NCBI GenBank assembly: GCA_028275885.1
Contig: JAPWTW010000003.1
Coordinates: forward strand, 30,001-62,000
From: Candidatus Nanopusillus sp.
GTDB taxonomy: Archaea > Nanobdellota > Nanobdellia > Nanobdellales > Nanobdellaceae
Length of the DNA: 32,000 bases
Direction: 5' to 3'
The notes below the pieces were generated by a model. It had not been told where the DNA came from and searched no databases. It saw only the letters and a list, made by a program, of their open reading frames with translations. The translations under genes and the position numbers were made by a program. Positions 24,237-32,000 of this stretch are shown piece by piece; within the stretch, counting starts at the first letter, position 1, and every line of letters begins with the position of its first letter.

Positions 24237-24836
24237 ATGGATATATCAGATATAATTACCTATTTACAAAAAGAAAAAGAGAAAAAAACATTACAAAATT
24301 TACAAAAAGATTTTTACATTAAAGTATCAGAATTATTAAAAAAGTATAAAAAACAATTAGAAGCATATAAATCCGATAGTAAAGAATATAGAGAGATTAT
24401 TGCAACAATGGATAGATTAAAAGAAACATTATCAGAATTAATTAATATAAGAATTAGCAAAATAATAAATAATACATTATTAGAAGTTAAAGAGGACTTG
24501 AACATAATATCAGAAGACTTTTTAGAAGAAGAAGAAAAAATATTATATTCTCTTGTAAAAAAAATATTAAAATCATATAAAGAAAATATACAAAATAAAA
24601 TTATTAATGGAGAAGAAATTGATATTAATAAATTCTTTTCAGATATAAATATAAATATTTCATTATATCAAAATAAAATAGATAAGAAAATTGTTATTAT
24701 TAAAAACCAATTACCAAAGATTGTTGGACCAAATGGAAAAATATATGGACCTTTTAAAGTTGGAGATATAATAATATTAAATAATAACTTTGCTGAAAAA
24801 TTAGAAAATACTGGAATAGGAAAAATTATTAATTAA
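24237..24836 (+). CDS. gins51: GINS subunit, Gins51 (Sld5/Psf1-like) type
   Basis: The N-terminal helical A-domain pattern is LQNLQKDFYIKVSELLKK...RLKETLSELINIRISKIIN. The C-terminal small beta B-domain is VIIKNQLPKIVGPNGKIYGPFKVGDIIILNNNFAEKLENTGIGKII. The A-then-B order indicates the Gins51 type. Confidence 0.55.
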   Translation: MDISDIITYLQKEKEKKTLQNLQKDFYIKVSELLKKYKKQLEAYKSDSKEYREIIATMDRLKETLSELINIRISKIINNTLLEVKEDLNIISEDFLEEEEKILYSLVKKILKSYKENIQNKIINGEEIDINKFFSDININISLYQNKIDKKIVIIKNQLPKIVGPNGKIYGPFKVGDIIILNNNFAEKLENTGIGKIIN

Positions 24837-24867
24837 ACTTATAAAATTATTTAGATAATTATTTTTA

Positions 24868-25182
24868 ATGAAATTACCAAAGACTGTTAACAAATATTGT
24901 CCATATTGCAGAAAGGTTACTGAACATAAAGTAATCATTGTAAAAAGTGTAAAAGTTAGAACTGGTCTAGTTTGGGGTGCTAGAAGAGCTAGAGAAGGAA
25001 AAAAAGGTATAGGAAATAAAGGAAAATATAGCAAGAGACCTCTATCACAAAGAAAAAGAGGTATTATAAAATCATCTAAGGGAGTTGATATAAGATTAGA
25101 ATGCAGTGTATGCAAAAAACAAACCATATGGAAAATAGAAGGTAGATACAAAAAAGTTGAATTATCAACTGCTATAAAATGA
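24868..25182 (+). CDS. rpl44e: 50S ribosomal protein L44e (eL42)
   Basis: MKLPKTVNKYCPYCRKVTEHKV...ECSVCKK is the Cys4 zinc-ribbon L44e pattern, followed by a basic middle region. Confidence 0.88.
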   Translation: MKLPKTVNKYCPYCRKVTEHKVIIVKSVKVRTGLVWGARRAREGKKGIGNKGKYSKRPLSQRKRGIIKSSKGVDIRLECSVCKKQTIWKIEGRYKKVELSTAIK

Positions 25183-25649
25183 AGTCAAAACTATATTTTG
25201 AAGCATTTTCTAATGATAAGGATAAGTTAATAGAGTTTTTAAATAAGACATTTGAGGCTATATCAAAATTCAAGAATTTCCAAATAATAGACAAAAAAAT
25301 CGCTGATCCTATAACAAAAGATATAAAAACTCCAGATGGAAAAACTATAAGTGGATGGTCATCTTATTTAGAAATATATGCAGATTTCAAAGATTTCGAT
25401 TCATTAATAGATTTTATATTATTTTATACACCATCAAGAATTGATATAGAAGATATAAAAGAAATGAAAATTATAACAAAAGATAATGAAATAAAATATA
25501 ACAAAGAAAAGATTAATTTATTATTAAATCAAATACCACAAGCTATAAATATGAAAATATCTGCATTATTGAATATATATCTTGCACAAGTCAAAAAAGA
25601 TTCTAAAGGACCTGACAATCAATCATTAACAAATTTAAAAATAAAATAA
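25179..25649 (+). CDS. Hypothetical protein translationally coupled to rpl44e
   Basis: ATGA overlap with the rpl44e stop. It is 156 aa with an alpha/beta-looking N-terminal ~100 aa (KLYFEAF...SSYLEIYADFKDFDSLIDFILFYTPSRIDIED). It has no Cys, so it is not S27e. No family recognised. Confidence 0.5.
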   Translation: MKSKLYFEAFSNDKDKLIEFLNKTFEAISKFKNFQIIDKKIADPITKDIKTPDGKTISGWSSYLEIYADFKDFDSLIDFILFYTPSRIDIEDIKEMKIITKDNEIKYNKEKINLLLNQIPQAINMKISALLNIYLAQVKKDSKGPDNQSLTNLKIK

Positions 25650-25653
25650 AATT

Positions 25654-26451
25654 TTATCCATAATAATATCCTGAACCTTTTTCCCTTTTCTTACTTTCTT
25701 CTTCTAACTTCTTAATCATACTCAAATCTTTTTCTATTCTTTCTTTTAGTTTCTTACCCTTTTCCTTTAAATCGCTTGTATCAACCTGAAAGTCATATAA
25801 CTTGCCTAAAACTTCTAATGCCTTTGAAGCACCAAAATATCCATTTATTTGATTAGATAAATATGTTTCAACCAATAATAAATAAGCTGGTTTTTTAAAT
25901 AATTGCGAATAATATAAAAATAATCCACTCATTCCAATAACAGTATTTGATTTATATAAATTCAGTTCTCCCAATTTTTCCTTTATTTTATTTATATCAT
26001 AATATTTATTTAATGCAAACAGATAATTTGGATTTTCTGGTTCTAATTGATGCGAACCTATCCCACCAATTATGCTTAATTCTAATAAATTAGATTTACT
26101 TATTATTCTAAATAGCTTATTCATAAATTTATATCTAAAATATAAAGATAATCCGGGATCTTCTAAAATTGCTATCTGAAAATCTCCATATAATACTAGA
26201 AAATTGTAATTACCAATTGGAACAGAATATAATTTATAACTTATATTATCTGATACATATCCATTTTTGTTTATTTTAACTATATCAGGAAAGAAGTCTG
26301 TAATTATTCTTCCAACAAGTTTTCCTTTATAAGTTTCTATTAATTTTTTTCCAACAATTTTTGACAAATTTCCATATCCTCCACCTATTGAATAAAGAAA
26401 AATAATGTTATTCATACTTTTTATTTTTTCTTTATCAATTATGAATTCCAT
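25654..26451 (-). CDS. PAC2-family (COG1938) proteasome assembly chaperone-like protein with C-terminal HbYX-like tail
   Basis: IFLYSIGGGYGNLSKIVGKKLI...FLVLYGDFQIA...IIGGIGSH resembles archaeal PbaA/PbaB-type PAC2 proteins. The C-terminus ...GSGYYYG ends in Tyr-Tyr-x. The position after aIF2alpha-Nop10 is conserved. Confidence 0.55.
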   Translation of the reverse strand: MEFIIDKEKIKSMNNIIFLYSIGGGYGNLSKIVGKKLIETYKGKLVGRIITDFFPDIVKINKNGYVSDNISYKLYSVPIGNYNFLVLYGDFQIAILEDPGLSLYFRYKFMNKLFRIISKSNLLELSIIGGIGSHQLEPENPNYLFALNKYYDINKIKEKLGELNLYKSNTVIGMSGLFLYYSQLFKKPAYLLLVETYLSNQINGYFGASKALEVLGKLYDFQVDTSDLKEKGKKLKERIEKDLSMIKKLEEESKKREKGSGYYYG

Positions 26452-26457
26452 AATATA

Positions 26458-26634
26458 TTATAGTATATTACTCTTATATAAGATTTCTTTTTTCATTTTT
26501 CTTCTATAATCACCCCATTTATCATCTGGAGAAAATTTAGGCGGTATTATTCTAGATGTTTTATTACCACAAACCGGACAGATTTCTTTAAATGTATATA
26601 TTTTACAATTTTTACATTTTCTAATCTCTTTCAT
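26458..26634 (-). CDS. nop10: H/ACA RNP protein Nop10 (58 aa, absent from ORF track)
   Basis: Hand translation of the minus strand: MKEIRKCKNCKIYTFKEICPVCGNKTSRIIPPKFSPDDKWGDYRRKMKKEILYKSNIL*. It has the Nop10 zinc ribbon (C-x2-C...C-x2-C) and the P-x-F-S-P-x-D...YR motif. The ATG at 26634 overlaps the aIF2alpha stop by 14 nt. Confidence 0.88.
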   Translation of the reverse strand: MKEIRKCKNCKIYTFKEICPVCGNKTSRIIPPKFSPDDKWGDYRRKMKKEILYKSNIL

Positions 26635-27397
26635 ATTTGTTTATTTCATAAATTATATTATAATTTTTAGCTTCTTTATTTATTAATTCTAACATTTCTT
26701 TTTCCTTTTTTTGTAAATCATATGGACTTATAGTAACATATTTTAACATATATGAAGGAGACCCCAGATATTTTATCATTATATTTAGATCCTTTATCTT
26801 TTTAAGAAATTCCTTTATTTTATATATTCCATCTCCATCTAAACAATATGCTTGCATTATATATGTAAACTCATATTTTGGTGGATTTAGATACTCAATT
26901 ATATATTTATATAATAGATCAGAATATTTTTTACTTATTTTATATTTATCTAAAACACTTTTTCCATTTATATAAGCTTCTAAAAATACATTATAAAGTT
27001 TGTTTTCTGGAACAATTTTAAATATTATCTCTTTTTCTAATTTATCCATATCTATATTTTCCTTTTCACTCATTATTTTCAATATATTATAAGCAACCAT
27101 TTCCCTTTTATATTCAAAGATCTTTGCTTTTTGTTTATTTTTGTCAACTCTCTTTAACGATAAAGTAACTAATCTATTTTGTACATCTACATCAAGTACT
27201 AAACAAACAATCTTTTTACCTTCCCTAACTAAAATCCTTGGATTTGTAATCCTTCTATTTGATAATTCATCTATTGGAATTATTCCATTAAAATTCTCAT
27301 ATTCATCTAAACTAACTTTTACATCTACATCTGATATATTATTTACAGTACATATAACATAATCATTCACCTTTGGAGAATCCTTTCTCTTATACAT
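26621..27397 (-). CDS. eif2a: Translation initiation factor aIF2 alpha subunit
   Basis: The S1 domain reads KVNDYVICTVNNISDVDVKVSLDEYENFNGIIPIDELSNRRITNPRILVREGKKIVCLVLDVDVQNRLVTLSLKRV. It is followed by helical and alpha/beta domains. 258 aa. Confidence 0.88.
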   Translation of the reverse strand: MYKRKDSPKVNDYVICTVNNISDVDVKVSLDEYENFNGIIPIDELSNRRITNPRILVREGKKIVCLVLDVDVQNRLVTLSLKRVDKNKQKAKIFEYKREMVAYNILKIMSEKENIDMDKLEKEIIFKIVPENKLYNVFLEAYINGKSVLDKYKISKKYSDLLYKYIIEYLNPPKYEFTYIMQAYCLDGDGIYKIKEFLKKIKDLNIMIKYLGSPSYMLKYVTISPYDLQKKEKEMLELINKEAKNYNIIYEINKYERD

Positions 27398-27441
27398 TTT
27401 TTAAGATATATTAAAAATACTTATTAAATTTATATACAGCT

Positions 27442-28422
27442 TTAAGTTTTAGTTACTGGAATATTATATACTCTTTTTTCATAACAATTATATGAAAGAT
27501 TCATTAGAACATATGCTGGTACTACAAAATTAGAATTCAATAGATTTTGGATTTCTGGATTATTTTGTGTTAATTGCTGTAAATTTATGCTACATAATAC
27601 TGTAGATGAACTTATTGGAACATTTTGTATTGGATTACATGAAAATCCATCATCTCCATTTAGTATATTTATTTGTTTTGATCCAATGATACGTAATTCA
27701 GCAGTTATATTAAAAGTAGCTTGATTACTTGAATATGCATTACTAAAGCACCCAACAGAATCTTGAAATGCTATTGAAAAATACATAATTCCATTAATTT
27801 CATTCACATTAACATTAGAATCTACTGGAGTTATTGGAGATGATGAATAATATATAGGTTCCCTTAATGATATCTGACTACTAGAATAATTTAATTGCAA
27901 TGGAATCAATATATTAGTAACAACATTTGATATATTATATTCTACAACTATTGGTATTTGAGAGGGTACTGTTTGAAGACCAGGACTTAAAGAAATTTCA
28001 ATATTTTCAATAGTAGAATTTGAAGGAGAAAGTCGGTTAGAGGTTGAATTATAAAATGCTGGTTCTGCATTAAAATTACCTGAGTAAGGAGAAGATAAAA
28101 CATAACTATAAACATAATATGAAACATTCAGTTGAGAATTTGACATCGTATAAATATTATTAACATAAACAAGAGGTAATTTGTAATTCAAGCCATTTGA
28201 TTCACTATAATTTAATGAGGAAGATGCTTGAATATATAAATATACATTTCCAGCTTGATTTAATGCCCATGAAGGTTTATATGAATTAGAACTTCCACTC
28301 CCTATATTGAAAAATCCGAAATTTCCAGATCCAACATTACCAATTGGACATGTAGAAAAATAAAATAAAGTAGTACCTACAAATAATATTGGTAGCAAAT
28401 ACATAAATCTTCCAGCTTTCAT
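27442..28422 (-). CDS. Secreted/surface protein, Ser/Asn/Tyr-rich, 5 Cys (hypothetical)
   Basis: I prefer the ATG at 28422 (MKAGRFMYLLPILFVGTTLFYFSTCPIG...), which gives a charged n-region plus a hydrophobic helix. The ORF-track start at 28515 adds 31 implausible residues and a 50-nt overlap with the upstream gene. Confidence 0.5.
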   Translation of the reverse strand: MKAGRFMYLLPILFVGTTLFYFSTCPIGNVGSGNFGFFNIGSGSSNSYKPSWALNQAGNVYLYIQASSSLNYSESNGLNYKLPLVYVNNIYTMSNSQLNVSYYVYSYVLSSPYSGNFNAEPAFYNSTSNRLSPSNSTIENIEISLSPGLQTVPSQIPIVVEYNISNVVTNILIPLQLNYSSSQISLREPIYYSSSPITPVDSNVNVNEINGIMYFSIAFQDSVGCFSNAYSSNQATFNITAELRIIGSKQINILNGDDGFSCNPIQNVPISSSTVLCSINLQQLTQNNPEIQNLLNSNFVVPAYVLMNLSYNCYEKRVYNIPVTKT

Positions 28423-28465
28423 TAAATATATTTTTACTTTATTAATTATAAACTTTATCATAATA

Positions 28466-28738
28466 TTAGCTTGAAGTATTTGTATTATTTTGATTATTAG
28501 ATGCATATAAATCATTTAAGCTAATATTTCCACTTAAAGAATTTTGAATAATATTAAAAGCTTGTTGACTTTCATTGATGAATTGCATTACACTATTTTT
28601 GATAGTCTGAAACATTTCATTATTTTCTAAATATCCGAGGATTTGATTATGATATAAATAAACTGCTATTGCCAAAATTATTAAAATTAATAAAAAAATC
28701 AATCCACTACTAGCTCTTTTAACTCCACACCTTCTCAT
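28466..28738 (-). CDS. Small pilin-like membrane protein (class III signal candidate)
   Basis: MRRCGVKRA|SSGLIFLLILIILAIAVYLY has a KRA| site followed by a hydrophobic helix. A predicted helical Gln/Asn-rich tail follows. 90 aa. Confidence 0.45.
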   Translation of the reverse strand: MRRCGVKRASSGLIFLLILIILAIAVYLYHNQILGYLENNEMFQTIKNSVMQFINESQQAFNIIQNSLSGNISLNDLYASNNQNNTNTSS

Positions 28739-28769
28739 ACAAAAAACATATTTTTTTTATTTATAAATT

Positions 28770-29822
28770 TTAGGATATCTGTAGATAATCTATCTTAAGA
28801 TAACTACCTGTTCTTATTCCTAATAGATTCTCTGGCAATAAACAATTATATATATTTATTGCATAAACTCCAACAGATGAACTTATGTTATATATACAAT
28901 TATTATTTATTATAACTTCTCCAGAGCCCTGACTAACCACAATATTTAGTATATAATTTGTTAAATTATTTGGAAATACTATATAAAATATGTTACCCTT
29001 TGATTCAATATATAAATTATTTATATTAACTGGATAAGATGATATTAGACTAATTCTATTTTCTCCAATATTTAAATATGGAGTTAAATAAAACAGGCTA
29101 GAACATGAAGATAGAGGAATTGATAACCTATTTATAATTAATTCTACATTTTGGGGAGAATATGGACAAAAATCATAGAACATATATACATCTCCAGATA
29201 TATAATAATAGTTAAAATTTAATGATGAAAATTTTAGATAATTTATATTTATGTTATTTAATATTCCATTTCCATTAAATATTATACTAGTTGGAGAAAA
29301 TACTATTTTTAATTCATTGTTTCCATTATATAGATAATTTGGAGAAACAAAAATACTTATTTCATCATTCTGACATCCAGAATACAATTTATAATTGTTC
29401 ACATATATATCAAAGTTACCATTATTACATGTAGAATATGCAGTAATATTTACTCCGTCATAATCATTAGAATAATAAAAATATAAGCTCTTACTAACTT
29501 TTCCATAAAATATATTTGTTTCAAAATTCAAGGTTCCCAAATTAGTATAATATACAGGAGTATAACTTCCTATTTTGTAATTATTTGCTATATAATAATA
29601 ATTTTGACTCTTTGATAATTGTATATTTTGAAAAATATATTTATTACTTATACTTATATTCAAAGAACTTGAAGGAGAATATAATGATATATTGGTCCCA
29701 TTAATCAATTGTTGCAGTACATATTGTTTATATTGATATGGAAGAATTACCCAATATACAAAAATTATTATACCTAACAATATAAAGAATATACCCAAAC
29801 TTGTCGTTTGTAATTTTTTCAT
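28770..29822 (-). CDS. N-terminally anchored surface protein, Asn/Tyr/Ser-rich (hypothetical)
   Basis: MKKLQTTSLGIFFILLGIIIFVYWVILPY forms a single N-terminal helix. The 320-aa beta-looking body has many N-x-S/T sequons and several Cys. No family recognised. Confidence 0.5.
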   Translation of the reverse strand: MKKLQTTSLGIFFILLGIIIFVYWVILPYQYKQYVLQQLINGTNISLYSPSSSLNISISNKYIFQNIQLSKSQNYYYIANNYKIGSYTPVYYTNLGTLNFETNIFYGKVSKSLYFYYSNDYDGVNITAYSTCNNGNFDIYVNNYKLYSGCQNDEISIFVSPNYLYNGNNELKIVFSPTSIIFNGNGILNNININYLKFSSLNFNYYYISGDVYMFYDFCPYSPQNVELIINRLSIPLSSCSSLFYLTPYLNIGENRISLISSYPVNINNLYIESKGNIFYIVFPNNLTNYILNIVVSQGSGEVIINNNCIYNISSSVGVYAINIYNCLLPENLLGIRTGSYLKIDYLQIS

Positions 29823-29847
29823 ATTTTAATAAAATATTCTTTAATAT

Positions 29848-30864
29848 TTATATTTTATACCTTAATTTTCCAATAATACAAAATCTATCAATTAATTCAA
29901 AATTATTGACATTATTATTTACAAAATATACTTTTGCATCTATTCTATCTAAAATATTAAATAAATTTATAATTTTATCAATATTATTTTCCTCTTTCAT
30001 TTTTTTAAAACATTCTTCAGAAATTAAAACATATTCTATATTATTATGCATCGCATTATTATATACTTCATCATATCCAAATGCTATCATATTTTTTTGC
30101 ATCAAATATAATAATTCTTCAATTAATTTGTTTATTTCTAAAATTTCTAAACTCTTTAATGTTTCATAATATTCTGTTCTTCTAACAAATTCATATATGC
30201 CATTTATACCTCCATTAGATACCTTATATATCTTTATATTTTTTATATTCAATTTATCCTTTACATAATCATAAAATTCTTCAGGATAAAATAGTGGACC
30301 AATTATGCATAGAAATTTAACATCATAATCCTTTAATGTATTTAAAAATTCTGAAAATATTTTATATAATTTTGCTTTTTCTTCCGGATCTCCTTTATTT
30401 ATCTTATAATATTCTTCCTTTACTATTTTTATCCCATTATTAATTATACCTAAAGCTATCTCACTATTATCTATAGATATTACAAAAATATTTTCCCTTT
30501 TTCTAGAAGATTTTTCCAATATTTTTTCTTCATATTTTTTTATTTCTTCTTTTTTATATAATGTAAATTCTGTAGATATTCTTATATCAAATGTATGATA
30601 ATGTCCAATAGAATCCTTATCACTCGAATCAATTATTTTTCCAGAAATCCTTAATGAATCTTTATATTCAGAAAATTTTATATTTTCAACTTCTATTTTT
30701 ATTTTTATTTTCTTCTTCTCTTTTTTATTCTCAAATTTTAATGTTCTATAATCATATCCTTCTATAATATCCCCTACATTAACTATTTTATATAAATATA
30801 ATAGATCTACCTCATCTTCCACTTTAATTTTTATTGTTTTCTTATCTATTATTTCATACTTCAT
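29848..30864 (-). CDS. pelA: Pelota (Dom34 homologue), mRNA surveillance / ribosome rescue factor
   Basis: The N-terminal Sm-like domain reads IKVEDEVDLLYLYKIVNVGDIIEGYDYRT. An eRF1-like central domain and a C-terminal domain follow (AFGYDEVYNNAMHNNIEYVLISEE...IIGKLRYKI). Confidence 0.85.
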   Translation of the reverse strand: MKYEIIDKKTIKIKVEDEVDLLYLYKIVNVGDIIEGYDYRTLKFENKKEKKKIKIKIEVENIKFSEYKDSLRISGKIIDSSDKDSIGHYHTFDIRISTEFTLYKKEEIKKYEEKILEKSSRKRENIFVISIDNSEIALGIINNGIKIVKEEYYKINKGDPEEKAKLYKIFSEFLNTLKDYDVKFLCIIGPLFYPEEFYDYVKDKLNIKNIKIYKVSNGGINGIYEFVRRTEYYETLKSLEILEINKLIEELLYLMQKNMIAFGYDEVYNNAMHNNIEYVLISEECFKKMKEENNIDKIINLFNILDRIDAKVYFVNNNVNNFELIDRFCIIGKLRYKI

Positions 30865-31847
30865 ATTAATAATAATAATATTAAAGAGAGAAATATTGAG
30901 GGAACAAATGGTGCTCCTTCCTTTACTTTTACTTTTATATTATTATATTCTCCCAATTTTTTTAATATACTAATTTCTTCTTTTGATAGACCAAATCTTC
31001 CAATAAACAATTTATTCTGAAATATATGATAAAATATTATAATAAATGGCATAGAATAATAAAAAAGAATTTCATTTAGAGAATAAAATATTAATGGTAA
31101 AATTATAATTAATAAGATAATAAAGGAATTTATTAATTTATTATTATTTTTAAATTTTAATATATATTCATTTTCTTTTTCATAAATATCAAAATATTTA
31201 ATTAGCATTTCCTTATCTTCTTCTTTTATATTATTAACTTCTATTCCATCTTCTATCCAATCTCCTTCAACCAAATCATTTACATTTCTTATAAATGTTA
31301 ATTTTTCCTCTAAATCTTTTGATATATATCTAAATAGAAAATATGAAATATATATTAAAATTAGAGAAATTAATAGATAATAAATATCAAGATATAAAAA
31401 GAAGAGGTTAATAAAATATACAGAAACCAATATTGAGATAATATTAAAAATAGAGATATAATATTTTTTTCTATTTTCTTTATATATTTTAATAGCTTCT
31501 ATATTATGAAATATAAATCCAAATAATACTAGATAAAATAAAAATAATAATATCTTATATAGAGAAAAGAATGATAATAGAAAGAATATTGAAAAGAAAA
31601 TAAAAAGATCTCCAATAGCCAACAATCTAAACAGATACAATGATATAAAAAATATAAGAATAAAATATGAAAATATAAGATTTTCTGGATGAATATCTTG
31701 AACAAATAAATATAAAAAATAAAATACATTAAATATTAGCAAAATATATATTACTATATCATCTACAGATTTATATTTTATATCCTGATATGAAGAATAT
31801 GCCAATATTATTATATCAAACATTGATAAAGGAAGCATTTCATTCAT
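30861..31847 (-). CDS. flaK: A24-family prepilin/prearchaellin signal peptidase (FlaK/PibD-like)
   Basis: First catalytic Asp context AYSSYQDIKYKSVDD (D22). Second catalytic Asp in LLAIGDLFIF (D80, a GxGD-like motif). C-terminal KEGAPFVPSIFLS is typical of the family. The protein is polytopic, with an acidic soluble insert at about residues 173-238. ATGA overlap with pelota. Confidence 0.7.
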   Translation of the reverse strand: MNEMLPLSMFDIIILAYSSYQDIKYKSVDDIVIYILLIFNVFYFLYLFVQDIHPENLIFSYFILIFFISLYLFRLLAIGDLFIFFSIFFLLSFFSLYKILLFLFYLVLFGFIFHNIEAIKIYKENRKKYYISIFNIISILVSVYFINLFFLYLDIYYLLISLILIYISYFLFRYISKDLEEKLTFIRNVNDLVEGDWIEDGIEVNNIKEEDKEMLIKYFDIYEKENEYILKFKNNNKLINSFIILLIIILPLIFYSLNEILFYYSMPFIIIFYHIFQNKLFIGRFGLSKEEISILKKLGEYNNIKVKVKEGAPFVPSIFLSLILLLLI

Positions 31848-31884
31848 ATAAAAAATAAAAAAACAATTCTTATAAATAATTATT

Positions 31885-31933
31885 ATGATGATGTGGACAC
31901 AATCTGATTGATGATGAAAGGAGTAGCTACTGA
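31885..31933 (+). ncRNA. C/D box sRNA (2'-O-methylation guide)
   Basis: The layout is ATGATGA (C, 31885-91), a 12-nt guide TGTGGACACAAT, CTGA (D', 31904-07), spacer TTG, ATGATGA (C', 31911-17), a 12-nt guide AAGGAGTAGCTA, then CTGA (D, 31930-33). This is exactly the archaeal 12/3/12 architecture. It is intergenic. Confidence 0.8.
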
Positions 31934-31963
31934 TTTTTAAATTTCTATATATTAATATTTATT

Positions 31964-32000
31964 ATGCCATTAATAATACCATCCCCAGAATATGCTAAAA
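31964..32000 (+). CDS. Start of an unidentified CDS (runs off window end)
   Basis: An ATG at 31964 is followed by an open frame MPLIIPSPEYAK... to the window end. A/T-rich TATA-like TCTATATAT lies about 20 nt upstream. Only 12 codons are visible. Confidence 0.25.
   Translation, partial: MPLIIPSPEYAK

Noticed and set aside
24801-25151. 116-aa minus-strand ORF covering rpl44e
   Set aside because: The plus-strand frame is an unmistakable L44e zinc-ribbon protein. The antisense ORF is a shadow.
28423-28515. N-terminal 31 codons of ORF 27442-28515 (MIYMHLIIKIIQILQANIMIKFIINKVKIYL)
   Set aside because: They would overlap the upstream gene by 50 nt and add an implausible segment. The internal ATG at 28422 gives a normal basic-plus-hydrophobic signal (MKAGRFMYLLPILF...).
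292-29822. Very high density of N-x-S/T sequons in the surface proteins as evidence of hyper-glycosylation
   Set aside because: Asn, Ser, Thr, Ile and Tyr are all inflated by the extreme AT bias. Sequon abundance is therefore expected by composition alone and is not independent evidence.
29801-30169. 122-aa plus-strand ORF antisense to pelota, plus other short antisense ORFs (4076-4258, 7149-7334, 7596-7787, 12372-12620, 13916-14176, 17905-18165, 21294-21720, 23067-23264, 24314-24505, 27141-27362, 31529-31729)
   Set aside because: All lie fully within strongly supported genes on the other strand. They are Leu/Ile/Phe/Tyr-rich translations typical of AT-rich antisense frames.

Overview
This is a very AT-rich archaeal chromosome segment (about 20-25% GC by eye) with almost no non-coding gaps. 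I can support about 37 protein genes, 4 GC-rich intron-less tRNA genes (Lys-UUU, Asp-GUC, Thr-UGU, Glu-UUC) and one canonical C/D box sRNA. I found no rRNA, CRISPR array, transposase or integrase.

Housekeeping content:
- Ribosomal and translation genes: S28e-L24e-ndk, L44e, and aIF2alpha-Nop10-PAC2.
- An overlapping N-glycosylation operon: a 1197-aa AglB/STT3, an AglH-type GlcNAc-1-P transferase, a Wzx/MOP flippase and a pfkB kinase.
- A co-oriented block: tRNA-Thr, EndA alpha, EndA beta, ThrRS (catalytic part only), a small kinase-fold protein and tRNA-Asp.
- SufB, TmcA (ac4C acetyltransferase), a helicase-only (split) reverse gyrase gene, GINS51 and Pelota.

Surface-filament content is scattered over four places:
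- (i) A pilin-like gene plus two divergently encoded single-domain FlaJ/TadC-type platform proteins.
- (ii) Two archaellins and a pilin/ArlF/G-like gene, interrupted by a RumA-type m5U methyltransferase.
- (iii) A three-gene cluster of N-anchored, Asn/Ser/Tyr-rich surface proteins.
- (iv) A FlaK/PibD-type A24 prepilin peptidase.
No ArlI/PilB ATPase lies in the window.

The split reverse gyrase, heteromeric splicing endonuclease, editing-less ThrRS, RumA-type methyltransferase and extreme compaction together suggest a hyperthermophilic Nanoarchaeota-like reduced genome. That is inference and has not been searched.

The best leads are the split, divergent platform-protein locus, the phased GTTAA repeat array at 22.3-22.4 kb, the orphan surface-protein cluster, and the unannotated small genes (Nop10 and the C/D sRNA).
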